A stretch of 64,000 bases of DNA. Origin: Paramoeba atlantica (taxonomy: Eukaryota > Protista > Discosea). Below the pieces are notes generated by a model that saw only the letters and a list, made by a program, of their open reading frames with translations, made no database searches and was not told the origin of the DNA. A program made the position numbers and the translations under genes. How positions within the stretch are numbered: the stretch's first letter is position 1; every line of letters begins with the position of its first letter. The DNA lies in contig CDRNVI010000029.1 in the NCBI GenBank assembly GCA_977017575.1, positions 496,001 to 560,000 on the forward strand. Direction: 5' to 3'. Shown here piece by piece: positions 28,959 through 39,633 of the stretch.

Positions 28959-31688
28959 ATGAAGAAAGCTAAAATATTTGCCCGCAAGGTGGTTACGGTA
29001 AAAAATCGTTTCCCTGAGCCAAAGAGTCATGATAGAGCTATGGCTGGATCCCCAAAACTTCGGAGTGATGTGCATTGCGGGATTATCGGATGCAGCGAAT
29101 GCGTTTTATTTGAGCTGCCCGACGAAAGTGGCACGTTGCGTGCCGACAAGCCAATAGTAATTCCAACTGATTTTGTGCTAAGGAAATTTCACGACATTTT
29201 ATCCCAATCCAGTGTTCAAAACGTTGTTCTTCTAGCTACCGTCGCAAAGCAGCTTCAATCTCAACATAGAACTGTGTACATGGCAATGACATCCAATAAA
29301 GCACCATGGTGGTATTATTTTCCGAACGATTTTCACCTCGGGACGTACGTTGCAAAGCACGAAACCGGACAAAGCGCAGATTCCGATGAAGGAGGAGATT
29401 TTACAATTGCTTGTGTGAATAAAGCCGTAGAGTGGTACCGTAGTCACACATCACTTCACGTCATTCAGTTAATTACATACGATGATGTATTGCAGTTTGT
29501 TCAACATACCCTCGGGAAAAGTGATATGTGGGGTGATCGCATAACTGAAACCTTCGAAGAACTCCTGAACTCAGATCACGCTAAGTCAAACGCTGAAAAT
29601 GAGCCTTCATCCAAACTAAGTTGTACAGAACATCTTTCCGAAAAGGAAATGAAGTCCCTAATCTCTTCCGGGAAGGCATTCAGTGCAACACTTGACTCGA
29701 CTGCTGCATTTTTCGCATCATGCATGTGTCGGTGCCAGGATACGACGCTATCGCGTGTACAGATCTCAGGGGCACATGCTATCAACCGGGCACTTCACGG
29801 AGACACTGTGTGTATTGAAATTTTGGAAAAGAACGACACAGATCCCGATGCAAGAGAGAATCTCACTGGGCGTGTGAGAGGCATCCTGCAAAAAGGACGA
29901 AGAACCATTTGTGGTGTCATTGATGTTGAAAATCCGGGCTTGTTCTTACCCCGAAACTCCAAATTTCCAAAGATCAAACTTTTGGCACGAAGCCCTGAGC
30001 GATGGAGTAATTACTGGCTTCTACTTTCCGTTGAGGAGTGGAAATGCGATGCTACTTACCCCTCTGGTCACGTAGTAGAAAACTTGGGCCCTCGCGGCGA
30101 TAAAGATGTTGAAGCGAAGGTAATCCTATTCGAGCATAATATTCCCCACTACGATTTCAGTCAATCAGTTCTCGCCTGTTTACCAACCGGCGAGTGGATT
30201 GCAGCTTCGACGGGTCGTCGAGATATGCGGCACATTGCGATATGTAGTGTTGATCCCGAAGGATGCAAGGATATTGACGATGCACTGCACTGCGTCACTT
30301 TAGAAAATGGTAATTTTGAAGTAGGTGTTCATATTGCTGACGTATCCCATTTTGTCAAGGAGGGCACTGAGTTAGATCTTGAAGCTCGTCGAAGAGGCAC
30401 TAGTGTATATTTGGTAGACCGACGAATTGATATGCTTCCGAAACTCTTTACTGAGAATTTGTGTTCGCTAGTAAGTGGTGAAGATCGCTATACATTTTCC
30501 GCTCTTTTTGAAGTTGATTCAAATTGCAATTTGGTGCGCGCTGCGTATTGTAAAGGTATAGTCTGTAGTCGGGCCAGTTTATCTTATGAAGTCGCTCAAG
30601 GCATTATCGATAACGATAAGAGTACGTCTGAATTGGCTGCTCCATTACGAAATCTCTTGCACTTGAGCAAATGTTTGAAGGCGAAAAGGAAGGAAGCAGG
30701 AGCAGTGTTCCTTCATTCTCTTGAGTTCAAATTTAAACTGGATGATCATCATCTGAATCCAACAGACATGATACAGTATGAATCGTACGATACGAATTCA
30801 ATGATAGAAGAATGGATGTTATTTGCCAATCAAGCAGTAGCACAAGAGATTTTTAACGCCTCGCCCCAATGGGCACTGTTGCGAAGGCACACGCCGCCCA
30901 ACCCCTCACTACTAGAGCCACTGAATCAAGCTTTAAAACAACGGGGACTGCAGCTTGACGCCCGATCATCGGGAGCGCTAAACGCTTCGCTGGAAAAATG
31001 CGTACAAGTTGATGATGCACAATTTCAAAATATAGTACGCGCAATGGCAACCAGGTGTATGCAAAGAGCTACGTACATTAGCAGTGGGGACTTCAAGGCT
31101 GATGAATATTCACACTTTGGGTTGGCCTTACCCATATACACTCATTTCACGAGCCCCATACGCCGATATGCCGATCTTCTAGTGCATCGACAGTTAGAAG
31201 CGGCAATTGGACACTCCTCCCCATCGCTGCAACATAGCACCGAAGGCTACATGACTGAAACAGCTACCATACTAAACATCAGACATGAGAATGCGCAAAG
31301 TGCTGGACGTGACAGTCAGTCCATACACACCCAATATTACGTTTACCAAAATATGGATACCGGACTTTGCACTAAGCAACAGGAACCTCTTGCGGCGCAA
31401 AATGTTCGTGGGTATATCACGCGCAAGAGGCAAGATGGAGTTTTCATGGTGTTGCTGCCTCGCCTTGGATTAGAAGGTCCCATACAGGATGTGGAGTGCA
31501 CAAGCACTACAGATACGGGGAAGACGAAAGATTTAGATCTACTCTCCGCGGTTCAAATCGACGTTGTGAAAGTAGGAAATACCAAAAAAGAGAGCCGCAT
31601 ACAGAATATCAGTGGTCGGTTTACATTTCGTAAGCACGATCCCTTGGACGCTTTCCTGACAGAGCCCGAACATAAACTTTCATCTTAA
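28959..31688 (+). CDS. DIS3: Exosome nuclease DIS3/RRP44 (CR3, PIN, RNB)
   Basis: LRSDVHCGIIGCSEC, SVDPEGCKDIDDALH, HIADV, RGTSVYL, HFTSPIRRYAD. Confidence 0.95.
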   Translation: MKKAKIFARKVVTVKNRFPEPKSHDRAMAGSPKLRSDVHCGIIGCSECVLFELPDESGTLRADKPIVIPTDFVLRKFHDILSQSSVQNVVLLATVAKQLQSQHRTVYMAMTSNKAPWWYYFPNDFHLGTYVAKHETGQSADSDEGGDFTIACVNKAVEWYRSHTSLHVIQLITYDDVLQFVQHTLGKSDMWGDRITETFEELLNSDHAKSNAENEPSSKLSCTEHLSEKEMKSLISSGKAFSATLDSTAAFFASCMCRCQDTTLSRVQISGAHAINRALHGDTVCIEILEKNDTDPDARENLTGRVRGILQKGRRTICGVIDVENPGLFLPRNSKFPKIKLLARSPERWSNYWLLLSVEEWKCDATYPSGHVVENLGPRGDKDVEAKVILFEHNIPHYDFSQSVLACLPTGEWIAASTGRRDMRHIAICSVDPEGCKDIDDALHCVTLENGNFEVGVHIADVSHFVKEGTELDLEARRRGTSVYLVDRRIDMLPKLFTENLCSLVSGEDRYTFSALFEVDSNCNLVRAAYCKGIVCSRASLSYEVAQGIIDNDKSTSELAAPLRNLLHLSKCLKAKRKEAGAVFLHSLEFKFKLDDHHLNPTDMIQYESYDTNSMIEEWMLFANQAVAQEIFNASPQWALLRRHTPPNPSLLEPLNQALKQRGLQLDARSSGALNASLEKCVQVDDAQFQNIVRAMATRCMQRATYISSGDFKADEYSHFGLALPIYTHFTSPIRRYADLLVHRQLEAAIGHSSPSLQHSTEGYMTETATILNIRHENAQSAGRDSQSIHTQYYVYQNMDTGLCTKQQEPLAAQNVRGYITRKRQDGVFMVLLPRLGLEGPIQDVECTSTTDTGKTKDLDLLSAVQIDVVKVGNTKKESRIQNISGRFTFRKHDPLDAFLTEPEHKLSS

Positions 31689-31995
31689 ACTACGCAGAGC
31701 AACAAAGCTAGGCGGCTTATACTGATTCATTAGGCGCCTTGTTCATTTCGTTCATCTCACTTACTGCATTTCATAATTGGCATCCTTACCTTAACTATGC
31801 TTGAAAAGAGAAATCAAGGACGATACATCATAAATGAATTTCCTTTAAATTGACACATGCGCGTATTTTGCAGTCTTTAATCCCCGAAACCAAAATCTAA
31901 ATTATTCAATTTCTTATCATCAGAGTTCAAAACGAATTATTAATTCACATTTTACATCCTTTCCCCTTTTCCTCATTTTCCTCCCCAACCCATCC

Positions 31996-34080
31996 ATGCA
32001 GTCCTACGCTCCGCCCGATCCCTCCGGCGCACCCCTCTCCAACCCTTCCTACTACGACTTAATGTACCAACGCGGTTCCGCGCCCCATCCCCTCATTCCC
32101 CAACCTATCCCCCCACCCCATCACCCCCCACCTTCTTCTATCCCTCCCCTTCCACCCTCCCCCTATCCCTCCTATTCCCCCCAGCCCCCACCCCCCCCCG
32201 CCCCCTACCCCCCTGCCCCCTACCCCGACCCCTCTGCCCTGAACCCCTGGTCCCCGAGCCCCACCCCCCCTTCCCTCCCCGACACCAGCACCAGCACCAG
32301 CGACCCCACCGCCTACTACGCCGGGTTCCACGACGGCACCCTGCGCCTCAGCCCCTTCGCCCCCGGCAGCCTGGCCTCCTGGCTCGCCCCCCTCGCGGCC
32401 AACCTGCTGCTGTTCCTCGGCCCCGTGCTCTACATGCGCGCGCGCATGGCCCAGGCCGCGGCGAAGTCCGGCGCACCCTCCTCCCCGAGCGCGCTGATGG
32501 AGATGTTCAACCCGCTGAAGTCCCGCGACTTCCGGGTCGACGTGAAGGGGACCACGTTCGCGGAGGTGATTGGGATCGAGGAGGCGAAGCGGGAGGTGCG
32601 GCAGTACGTGGACTTTCTGCGGCACCCGGAGAAGTACACGAAACTCGGGGGCCGACTCCCGAAGGGGTGTCTGCTGACGGGGCGCCCGGGGACGGGGAAG
32701 ACGTTGCTGGCGAAGGCCGTCGCGGGGGAGGCGGGGGTTCCGTTTTTTTGTTGCAGTGGGGCGGATTTTATTGAGGTTTTTGGGGGGAGTGGACCGAAAC
32801 GGGTGCGAGAGCTGTTTGCTGCGGCGCGGGCTGCCGGAAAGTGTGTTGTTTTTATTGATGAAATTGATGCGATCGGGAGTAGAAGTAGTGGCAGGGGGAT
32901 GGGCGGGGTGTCCTCGGAGGAGAATCGGACGATCAACCAACTGCTCTCTGAATTGGACGGCATGCAGAGTTCGGAGAATATTATCGTTCTCGCGGCTACA
33001 AACTTCCCTGAAGCAATAGATAAGGCATTAATGCGCGAGGGACGCTTTGATCGCAAAGTTAATATACCAATGCCCGATGAGGCCGCTCGTGCGGACCTTT
33101 TTGAATTCTACATGAATCGAGTTACTACTGGTGATCCGAACAGTAAAATAAATGTGGCATCTAATGCGGAAGGATCTGTCCAGAATGACCGGAATTTAAG
33201 CGAAAAGAAAGTTGATATTGCACAGGAAGTGTCCTCGAATCTTATAGTACCAGGTGTCAGTAACAAGTTAATGTCGTCTTGCTTAGCGGATCGCACGCCC
33301 GGCGTATCGCCAGCTCAAATTTCAACCATCGTAAATGAAGCGGCCCTTAGCGCCGCAGTGTCAGAGCAGAAGTATGTTTCCTTGAAATATTTTCAAGAAG
33401 CCATTGACGATGTTCTGATTGGGAAGAAGCATAGGCAACGAATGGGAGATGCAGCACTCCGCCGTACTGCATTTCATGAAAGTGGTCATTGCCTTACCGC
33501 ATGGCTCAGTCCATTGCAAAAAGATGTCATCAAACTGAGCATAATTCCCCGTGGAAAGGCGGGAGGCTACACGCAGCAAGTACAGGACGAAGCTTTGAAT
33601 CCGCACACGAATGATTTTCTCTTTTCTAATCTTTGCGTACTGGCAGGTGGTAGAGTTGCTGAACAACTAATTTTTGGGGATGTGAGTACTGGAGCCATGG
33701 ACGATTTACAACGCGCAACGAAACTTGCTATGGATAAGTTGCTTTTGTATGGGATGAGTGAGGCACCACGAGAATTACGCGAAGGTACATTAGATGAAAC
33801 GAAAAATCCGATTAGCAAGAAATCGGGAACGATGCTTTCTTTTCAGTACGATAGTACGAAAAGCGAGGGACGCGGTTGGATGCCATTTAGCGAAAGTCAT
33901 CACGCGAAGGTCGAAACTGAGGCGAAATGTATGGTAGATAGAGCGTTTGCTTATACTGAAAATTTGTTAAAACAAAATTTGAGTTTACTAACTGAACTTG
34001 CTGAGCGGCTGCTGAAAGACAAAGAGCTTGATAGGGACGCAATAATTGTTGTGCTAGGTAAACGCGACACTGTCAGCTAG
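31996..34080 (+). CDS. ftsH: FtsH/AFG3-type AAA+ zinc metalloprotease with Pro-rich N-terminus
   Basis: Walker A GRPGTGKT, Walker B VFIDEID, SRH ALMREGRFDR, HESGH, GGRVAE, TGAMDDL. Confidence 0.95.
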   Translation: MQSYAPPDPSGAPLSNPSYYDLMYQRGSAPHPLIPQPIPPPHHPPPSSIPPLPPSPYPSYSPQPPPPPAPYPPAPYPDPSALNPWSPSPTPPSLPDTSTSTSDPTAYYAGFHDGTLRLSPFAPGSLASWLAPLAANLLLFLGPVLYMRARMAQAAAKSGAPSSPSALMEMFNPLKSRDFRVDVKGTTFAEVIGIEEAKREVRQYVDFLRHPEKYTKLGGRLPKGCLLTGRPGTGKTLLAKAVAGEAGVPFFCCSGADFIEVFGGSGPKRVRELFAAARAAGKCVVFIDEIDAIGSRSSGRGMGGVSSEENRTINQLLSELDGMQSSENIIVLAATNFPEAIDKALMREGRFDRKVNIPMPDEAARADLFEFYMNRVTTGDPNSKINVASNAEGSVQNDRNLSEKKVDIAQEVSSNLIVPGVSNKLMSSCLADRTPGVSPAQISTIVNEAALSAAVSEQKYVSLKYFQEAIDDVLIGKKHRQRMGDAALRRTAFHESGHCLTAWLSPLQKDVIKLSIIPRGKAGGYTQQVQDEALNPHTNDFLFSNLCVLAGGRVAEQLIFGDVSTGAMDDLQRATKLAMDKLLLYGMSEAPRELREGTLDETKNPISKKSGTMLSFQYDSTKSEGRGWMPFSESHHAKVETEAKCMVDRAFAYTENLLKQNLSLLTELAERLLKDKELDRDAIIVVLGKRDTVS

Positions 34081-34230
34081 GAGCAAGTACGTTCATTGGT
34101 GCAAACATGTTCGCGTGTATGATATCATGAAGTGTACGGAAGTGGATGTCACATTCTGTGAATGGATTGTACACATACGGAATGCAAGGGTATAGTGCAT
34201 GTATAGTGTTTATAGTTAAATTTAAATACA

Positions 34231-34262
34231 CATGTACATGTACGTACATGTACATGTACGTA
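34231..34262. repeat. Palindromic (CATGTA/CGTA)n microsatellite
   Basis: CATGTACATGTACGTACATGTACATGTACGTA, containing three TACATGTA copies. Confidence 0.9.
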
Positions 34263-34637
34263 CTACTGTATGTATGGTAGCAGAAAGTTTTACCTTCGTG
34301 AAACGTCCTACTGTTGTAGATAAGGATTTTCCTCATCAAAAATCTGAAAAATGGGTAATAGCTCAAAGAAAATGACGACACTGGAAGATACAGAAGTACA
34401 TGTTTTTCGAAGTTTTTGGAGCTTGACAGTCAAGAAGCGATACCTGCGCATATAAACGTTTACATAAATAAATGTATAAATACACATGTTTAAATATACA
34501 ATGTACGTGTACATGAGTGTATCGTCTGTGAATCGACATCTATGTCAAGTATCTAACTAGATATGCTCATATGATGTTTCAAACCAATACTTTGTTGAAC
34601 TGCAGCCCTCAATGTGAGTCTGTGTGTATGTCTTCGT

Positions 34638-36530
34638 ATGTCAATGACCGCCACACTCAATCGAACGCTTGGCTCGAAACCTGGGTCAAAGATGCCAAGC
34701 TATTTTAATCTTTTTCGGAGAACAGGAGCGCTTCGCATATCAGGAACGGGGGCGCATTTCTATTATCGCCTTAGTAACACTAATGATTTGAAGACGACAC
34801 CGCATTCTTTGGAATTAATACATGCCCTCCATGATTTTCAAGTAGAAGGATCAATAGTCCTGTTGTATTCCATAGGTTACTTGTTGCTCGACAAGCCTGG
34901 AGCAATGACACTTTCAAACTTGTGGAAACAACTAAATACGTGTTCCCATGTATTGCCCATTCTCAAACAGGGAGGGCTGCTCCCAGAATCTTCGTCTTCC
35001 GGTTCAAATGGTCTGAGAATAACGTACAGTGACTGCTTGAAAACGCACGGAAATACAGTTGAATGTTTGTACAACCTGCTGGTTTCGCATCCTCGAATCT
35101 ATAAGATATCTTTGCCTGGGCTCCACCACAAATCGACACACGATTCCCAGCCGGGTAGACCTACTCAAACTTTACGGAGACATCAAGATGTCGAAATACT
35201 GGAAAATGTAGAGCAGAACAAACCAAACATTAGAAAGAGCGCACGTCCGTTGTCGGCTGTGCCATTAGAGTCTTCATCAAAGCGAGATGTTTCCTCTCTG
35301 GAAAACCTGACCACTAGAAACAGCATGTCGTCGGATAGCCCTAGATCATTGTCTTTAACTCCTGTTATCCGTAATCATGGAGATGCACTAGTAGAGTTTT
35401 CTACAGATGTGTCAGTTCTCCGATGCATTGTTCGGGCGTTTAGCAAGTCTGCTCTTCTCGTCAATCAATGCCTTGATAGCAATTCATCTTCGCTTTCAAT
35501 GAGCCTTTGTACTTGCGACGTTAGAAACCTGAGTAGCTGTCTGGACAAACCAACACATTCCTATATGGCTTTACGCGGACATAGTTCTCTAGCAACATTC
35601 GCCATTCGTAATCTGTATAACTTTTTTGTCTTCAAGTGTGAATCGAATACGTCGCATAATTGTTGGACATCGTATCCTGATAACAATGTCATGTGTACGC
35701 ATATGTGGCCAATTGGGAGCCTTCCTGGGATTCGCTTTCGCTCCAAACACTATCTGCTGAACTGGCCTCCGGATCAATTTAGCGACAGTACATCAACCTC
35801 AAGTCCTGCACTGTCTTTTGAGAAGCTAAGCAGAGCAATCACAGTAAAAAGCAATAATCCAAAGACCCACACAAACATAGATCCTTTGGATGTTCCATGG
35901 CTATGGCTACTCAGTCCCTTGGAGAACTCTCATCCATGGCAATCACGATTTCTTATATTAGACGTAATACAACGCATGTTGTTGGGAGTTGCCGAGGAAT
36001 CAACTGCTTTGATTCTTTCCCAGGCGATAGGTACTGCAATGTGTTTAGGGCTGTCGTCAAAAGCTCGTTTACTCTTCAATAAATGTAACATAGATTTGCA
36101 AGACTTGTGTCTGAAATTTGGGAGCTTTTACGAAATTTCTTTATTGCAGTATACAAAATGCGTGAAACGGTACGGCAGGTTGATTGGATTACTGCTAGAA
36201 TCTGAAGATAAAAATCGTGATCACGAGCCGATTGAAAAGAGATTGGTACGGCGCTGCAAGTCCCTATTTTCTGCTGACGCCGAACTCGAATCAACTTCCA
36301 AAACTGAAGTGATCCACAATCTTGATCAGGAGGATGGAACAGGGACAGTGCCCTTGTACCTAAGTTTTAGACAGTATTCTAATGAATTGCTTCAATGGCT
36401 GCAAAGTCTTATACCTACCGAGTGGACCTCACATTCTAATCTTTCACATAAACTAAAGTCAGCCAATATAGGATTTTCCATACATAAAAGAAAGCACTTT
36501 ATCTACGCCATGATACACTTCTCATTTTGA
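34638..36530 (+). CDS. Hypothetical protein with winged-helix (OST-HTH/LOTUS)-like segments
   Basis: Long ORF with segments such as LYNLLVSHPRIYKI and LQDLCLKFGSFYEI. The first ATG is at 34638. Confidence 0.7.
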   Translation: MSMTATLNRTLGSKPGSKMPSYFNLFRRTGALRISGTGAHFYYRLSNTNDLKTTPHSLELIHALHDFQVEGSIVLLYSIGYLLLDKPGAMTLSNLWKQLNTCSHVLPILKQGGLLPESSSSGSNGLRITYSDCLKTHGNTVECLYNLLVSHPRIYKISLPGLHHKSTHDSQPGRPTQTLRRHQDVEILENVEQNKPNIRKSARPLSAVPLESSSKRDVSSLENLTTRNSMSSDSPRSLSLTPVIRNHGDALVEFSTDVSVLRCIVRAFSKSALLVNQCLDSNSSSLSMSLCTCDVRNLSSCLDKPTHSYMALRGHSSLATFAIRNLYNFFVFKCESNTSHNCWTSYPDNNVMCTHMWPIGSLPGIRFRSKHYLLNWPPDQFSDSTSTSSPALSFEKLSRAITVKSNNPKTHTNIDPLDVPWLWLLSPLENSHPWQSRFLILDVIQRMLLGVAEESTALILSQAIGTAMCLGLSSKARLLFNKCNIDLQDLCLKFGSFYEISLLQYTKCVKRYGRLIGLLLESEDKNRDHEPIEKRLVRRCKSLFSADAELESTSKTEVIHNLDQEDGTGTVPLYLSFRQYSNELLQWLQSLIPTEWTSHSNLSHKLKSANIGFSIHKRKHFIYAMIHFSF

Positions 36531-36648
36531 TCTTTCAATCGGGTACGCAAGGACGGATGGACGATACAATGAAGGACGCGTTTCATTTGAATTTTATGTT
36601 AGGAGGAAACTCAAGGATTGGTCTATATTTCGACCTTCCACCACGAAA

Positions 36649-39240
36649 ATGCAACGTTGTTGTTTAGTTGACTCCATATTTTGGTTTAGAGAAAAATCCA
36701 AATTAGTAACAAGTGAAACGCTGCAATATTTACTCGCCTTGCACCTGTCTCTAATTTTTCCGAATTGTTGCTTAATCCCCTTCAATATTGCTTTAAGCAA
36801 TCTTCCGGAATCGCTGAAAACGGTTATGTCTCATCTAGCTGTATGTCCTGAAACTTTGATTCGATCTTATCCTAAATTCTTTGAAATTTATTATACTAAG
36901 AAATCAGCATTGGAGGTCAGAAGTCGGCTAGCTGTGTATAAAACGAACCCTGACGAAACTTCAGATTCCCGAATTTGTTGTATTGAATGTTGTCCTAAGG
37001 AAGTCTCTGCAGTCCACGGATTTTGTCTTACTGATGCATATCTGTTTGAAAAATATGATCTGTTTTCACACCCCGTATCCTTGTTGATGCGCGAAGAATC
37101 TAACAAGATATCTAGTGTCTCTACGTGGAAAATTGCGAGGGATAAATTTCGGCACCAATACATCCAATTTCCAGCAAAAGACACAGGGCATCAATATTAC
37201 TCAAGCGAAGAAAATCTTGGGAAAATAGAGACTAAAACAGACACAGACAGTTCGCAAATTAATGACGAAAGTAAGTCGACAAACTTTGTAAGGAAGCGCG
37301 AAATGTTTTTGTGTAATCCTATAGCGCAGAGGGTTGTTTTGGTGGGGACAATTTGCGATGTTATTCAAAATATGACCTTGTCAAGTACAACTGCTCGAGA
37401 ATGCAAGCAAACGTTCACAAACAATAGTGTTTCCATACCAGATTCAGATATACAAGAACATTACTTGGTTAAGGGGATGTTTAAGAATCTTGTTCCCGCC
37501 AAAGACATTGTATTAGCTCTTTCTAACCGCGAACAATTAATTTTGACGAAGCTTGTCGCGCAATGGAGTGACATGGAGGAGGATCTTTTAGAGTTATCCA
37601 CAGTATGTGCACAAGATACAATAGCTGCACCTTTGTATAAAGAATCCAAAGTTACAAACAACCTCGAAATGGATCATCTATCAGAATCGGCCAACGAAGG
37701 AACTGTATGCTTTTTCTGTTCGAAGTATCCCAATATTTTTTATTCTGACTCTCGGCGCAAATTGATAGGGTTGCATTCCAATTTTGTTTATAAACCAGGA
37801 ATAGCTTTCGCAGCGAATTCTGATGTAAATGATCTTCAACTCGCCACATCTTTGGATAAAAAGAAACGAGAAAAGCAGAATTCTCCAACTTTCAACACTT
37901 CACATCTATCACAGACATCGTTTTTGTCCTCTATCTACCGTCATTGGAACAGACCCCAATTTGAAAGTCTTTTGACCACTATGCTCGCCCATTGGCCTTC
38001 TAGAGAATTGGCTCGCAACAAAATCTTTAAGGATCGTAGGGCACTAAGTCAAAGGCAGGTAAGTGAACTTTATCACGCAGAAATTGCTTCAGATCAACAT
38101 ATTATCGAACGTAGACATCTCGCCTTGTGTCAATCGAATATGGAAAATCGCGGTTTACATTATCCTGAGCAGATTGCTAGACGTGTGGAAGCGGAAATTC
38201 CTATCAAAGGCGAAATACGATGGTCCGCGCTTTGGCGTAGATTGGATTCAGAAACTCGGTTATCGATTCCTCGTAGAATAACCAATTTTTTAACGTGTTT
38301 CCCAGAGCTCATACAGTACCGCGTGTTACAGGGAAGTCTCCTGCTTTCCCGTCCATCATATAATTTCGGTGATGATACGGACGAAAAGGCGGTCGCACAT
38401 ACCAGGAAGCATTCTTATTCCAATAAGCTACCTATAGGGCATGATTATATAAATTACAAGTTATGTCCCAATGTTACTCGAAACGGCTTTTCTAAATTAC
38501 TTCTGTTTTGTATTTTGCCTCTTCAAAAAATTTCATTGCAGCGACTTTTACAAAGTTGTCCGGCAAGCCTGAATTTAAACCCCAAACAATTTGAGAGAGA
38601 CACTGACAAAATCGAAATCACGTATTCTGAACGGTGCCCAACGCACATTCGCAGGACGGTTGCTAATGATATAGAAGGCCTTCAAAATTTCTGCGCATCA
38701 GATAATTCTAGCTTTGCAAAAAATGTTTCAAGCCTCACAAGGCGAGATGTACTAATTCTTCGCCAAATAGTTGATACCTTAGTACACAGAAAGGGTATGA
38801 ATAAATTTCTATCCGGAAGAGAGGTGCTGGGAATTATTCACTCGAATTTTTCACAACCAGACCTCCTGAGCCACATTATATTACTCGCTCGCAAAATCTC
38901 TTCCGTTCTGCATGTCAACGAGGTTGTTAAAACAATTTATCCCAATCATGAGGACTCACAATTGGAGCATAACCTAGATTTGACTACAATCAAATTTGCC
39001 GATAGATACGTAGCTAGAAAAGACATCGCAAGGAATTGGGAAATTGCTTGTTTAGCCCATTCCTCCGCACTTAATATGAAGAATTCGGGAGGTAAATTAG
39101 AAATATCACATTTTTACGACAAAATTCTCGATGCTAATATAAGAAAGAAGATGCAACGGGATGATGTCCAATGGATTTTAGAGCACTGTCCTTACATGCA
39201 TATGAAGGCGACAACAATAGAGGTCAATGAATTTATCTGA
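36649..39240 (+). CDS. Hypothetical 863-aa protein with repeated winged-helix-like segments
   Basis: Long ORF with LIRSYPKFFEI, FCSKYPNIFY, ITNFLTCFPELIQY. The real start may be 36826. Confidence 0.72.
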   Translation: MQRCCLVDSIFWFREKSKLVTSETLQYLLALHLSLIFPNCCLIPFNIALSNLPESLKTVMSHLAVCPETLIRSYPKFFEIYYTKKSALEVRSRLAVYKTNPDETSDSRICCIECCPKEVSAVHGFCLTDAYLFEKYDLFSHPVSLLMREESNKISSVSTWKIARDKFRHQYIQFPAKDTGHQYYSSEENLGKIETKTDTDSSQINDESKSTNFVRKREMFLCNPIAQRVVLVGTICDVIQNMTLSSTTARECKQTFTNNSVSIPDSDIQEHYLVKGMFKNLVPAKDIVLALSNREQLILTKLVAQWSDMEEDLLELSTVCAQDTIAAPLYKESKVTNNLEMDHLSESANEGTVCFFCSKYPNIFYSDSRRKLIGLHSNFVYKPGIAFAANSDVNDLQLATSLDKKKREKQNSPTFNTSHLSQTSFLSSIYRHWNRPQFESLLTTMLAHWPSRELARNKIFKDRRALSQRQVSELYHAEIASDQHIIERRHLALCQSNMENRGLHYPEQIARRVEAEIPIKGEIRWSALWRRLDSETRLSIPRRITNFLTCFPELIQYRVLQGSLLLSRPSYNFGDDTDEKAVAHTRKHSYSNKLPIGHDYINYKLCPNVTRNGFSKLLLFCILPLQKISLQRLLQSCPASLNLNPKQFERDTDKIEITYSERCPTHIRRTVANDIEGLQNFCASDNSSFAKNVSSLTRRDVLILRQIVDTLVHRKGMNKFLSGREVLGIIHSNFSQPDLLSHIILLARKISSVLHVNEVVKTIYPNHEDSQLEHNLDLTTIKFADRYVARKDIARNWEIACLAHSSALNMKNSGGKLEISHFYDKILDANIRKKMQRDDVQWILEHCPYMHMKATTIEVNEFI

Positions 39241-39633
39241 AAAGTTATGATCCAAGAAAATACCTTCCATTTCAAGTTATCGGGGCTAGCGAATGCGGGG
39301 AGAGAAACGTTTGTACATCAGATGTATTAAGCACATGTACATACACTTATCGTTTAATTTTAAATTTCATAAATTTTATGACAGATGCTAGATCTTTTTC
39401 CATGGAATGATCTGATGATCACTTTCATGAAGAGCAAACGTATGCATTGTTCGACGGGGCAATTAAGATTGCATTTGTAACATTACAACATTAATAAATT
39501 TATATTACTAAATTTATATTATTACTTATACTGGCTATATTATTTTCAAGTAGAAAAGATAAAATAACTGAAAAGATAATAACTGAAACTAATAACATAT
39601 TATGTACCAGTAACTTATTACATACCACCTTAT

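Noticed and set aside
32059-33056. Long minus-strand ORFs (293 and 208 aa) opposite ftsH, and similar antisense ORFs over MDH, the cyclophilins, MAM33 and eRF3
   Set aside because: These are shadows of GC-rich or conserved + strand genes, with no motifs of their own.
36528-36651. Stop read-through or reassigned genetic code joining the two large orphan ORFs
   Set aside because: The ORFs are in different frames with an acceptor-like tract nearby, and conserved genes end normally at TAA, TAG and TGA.
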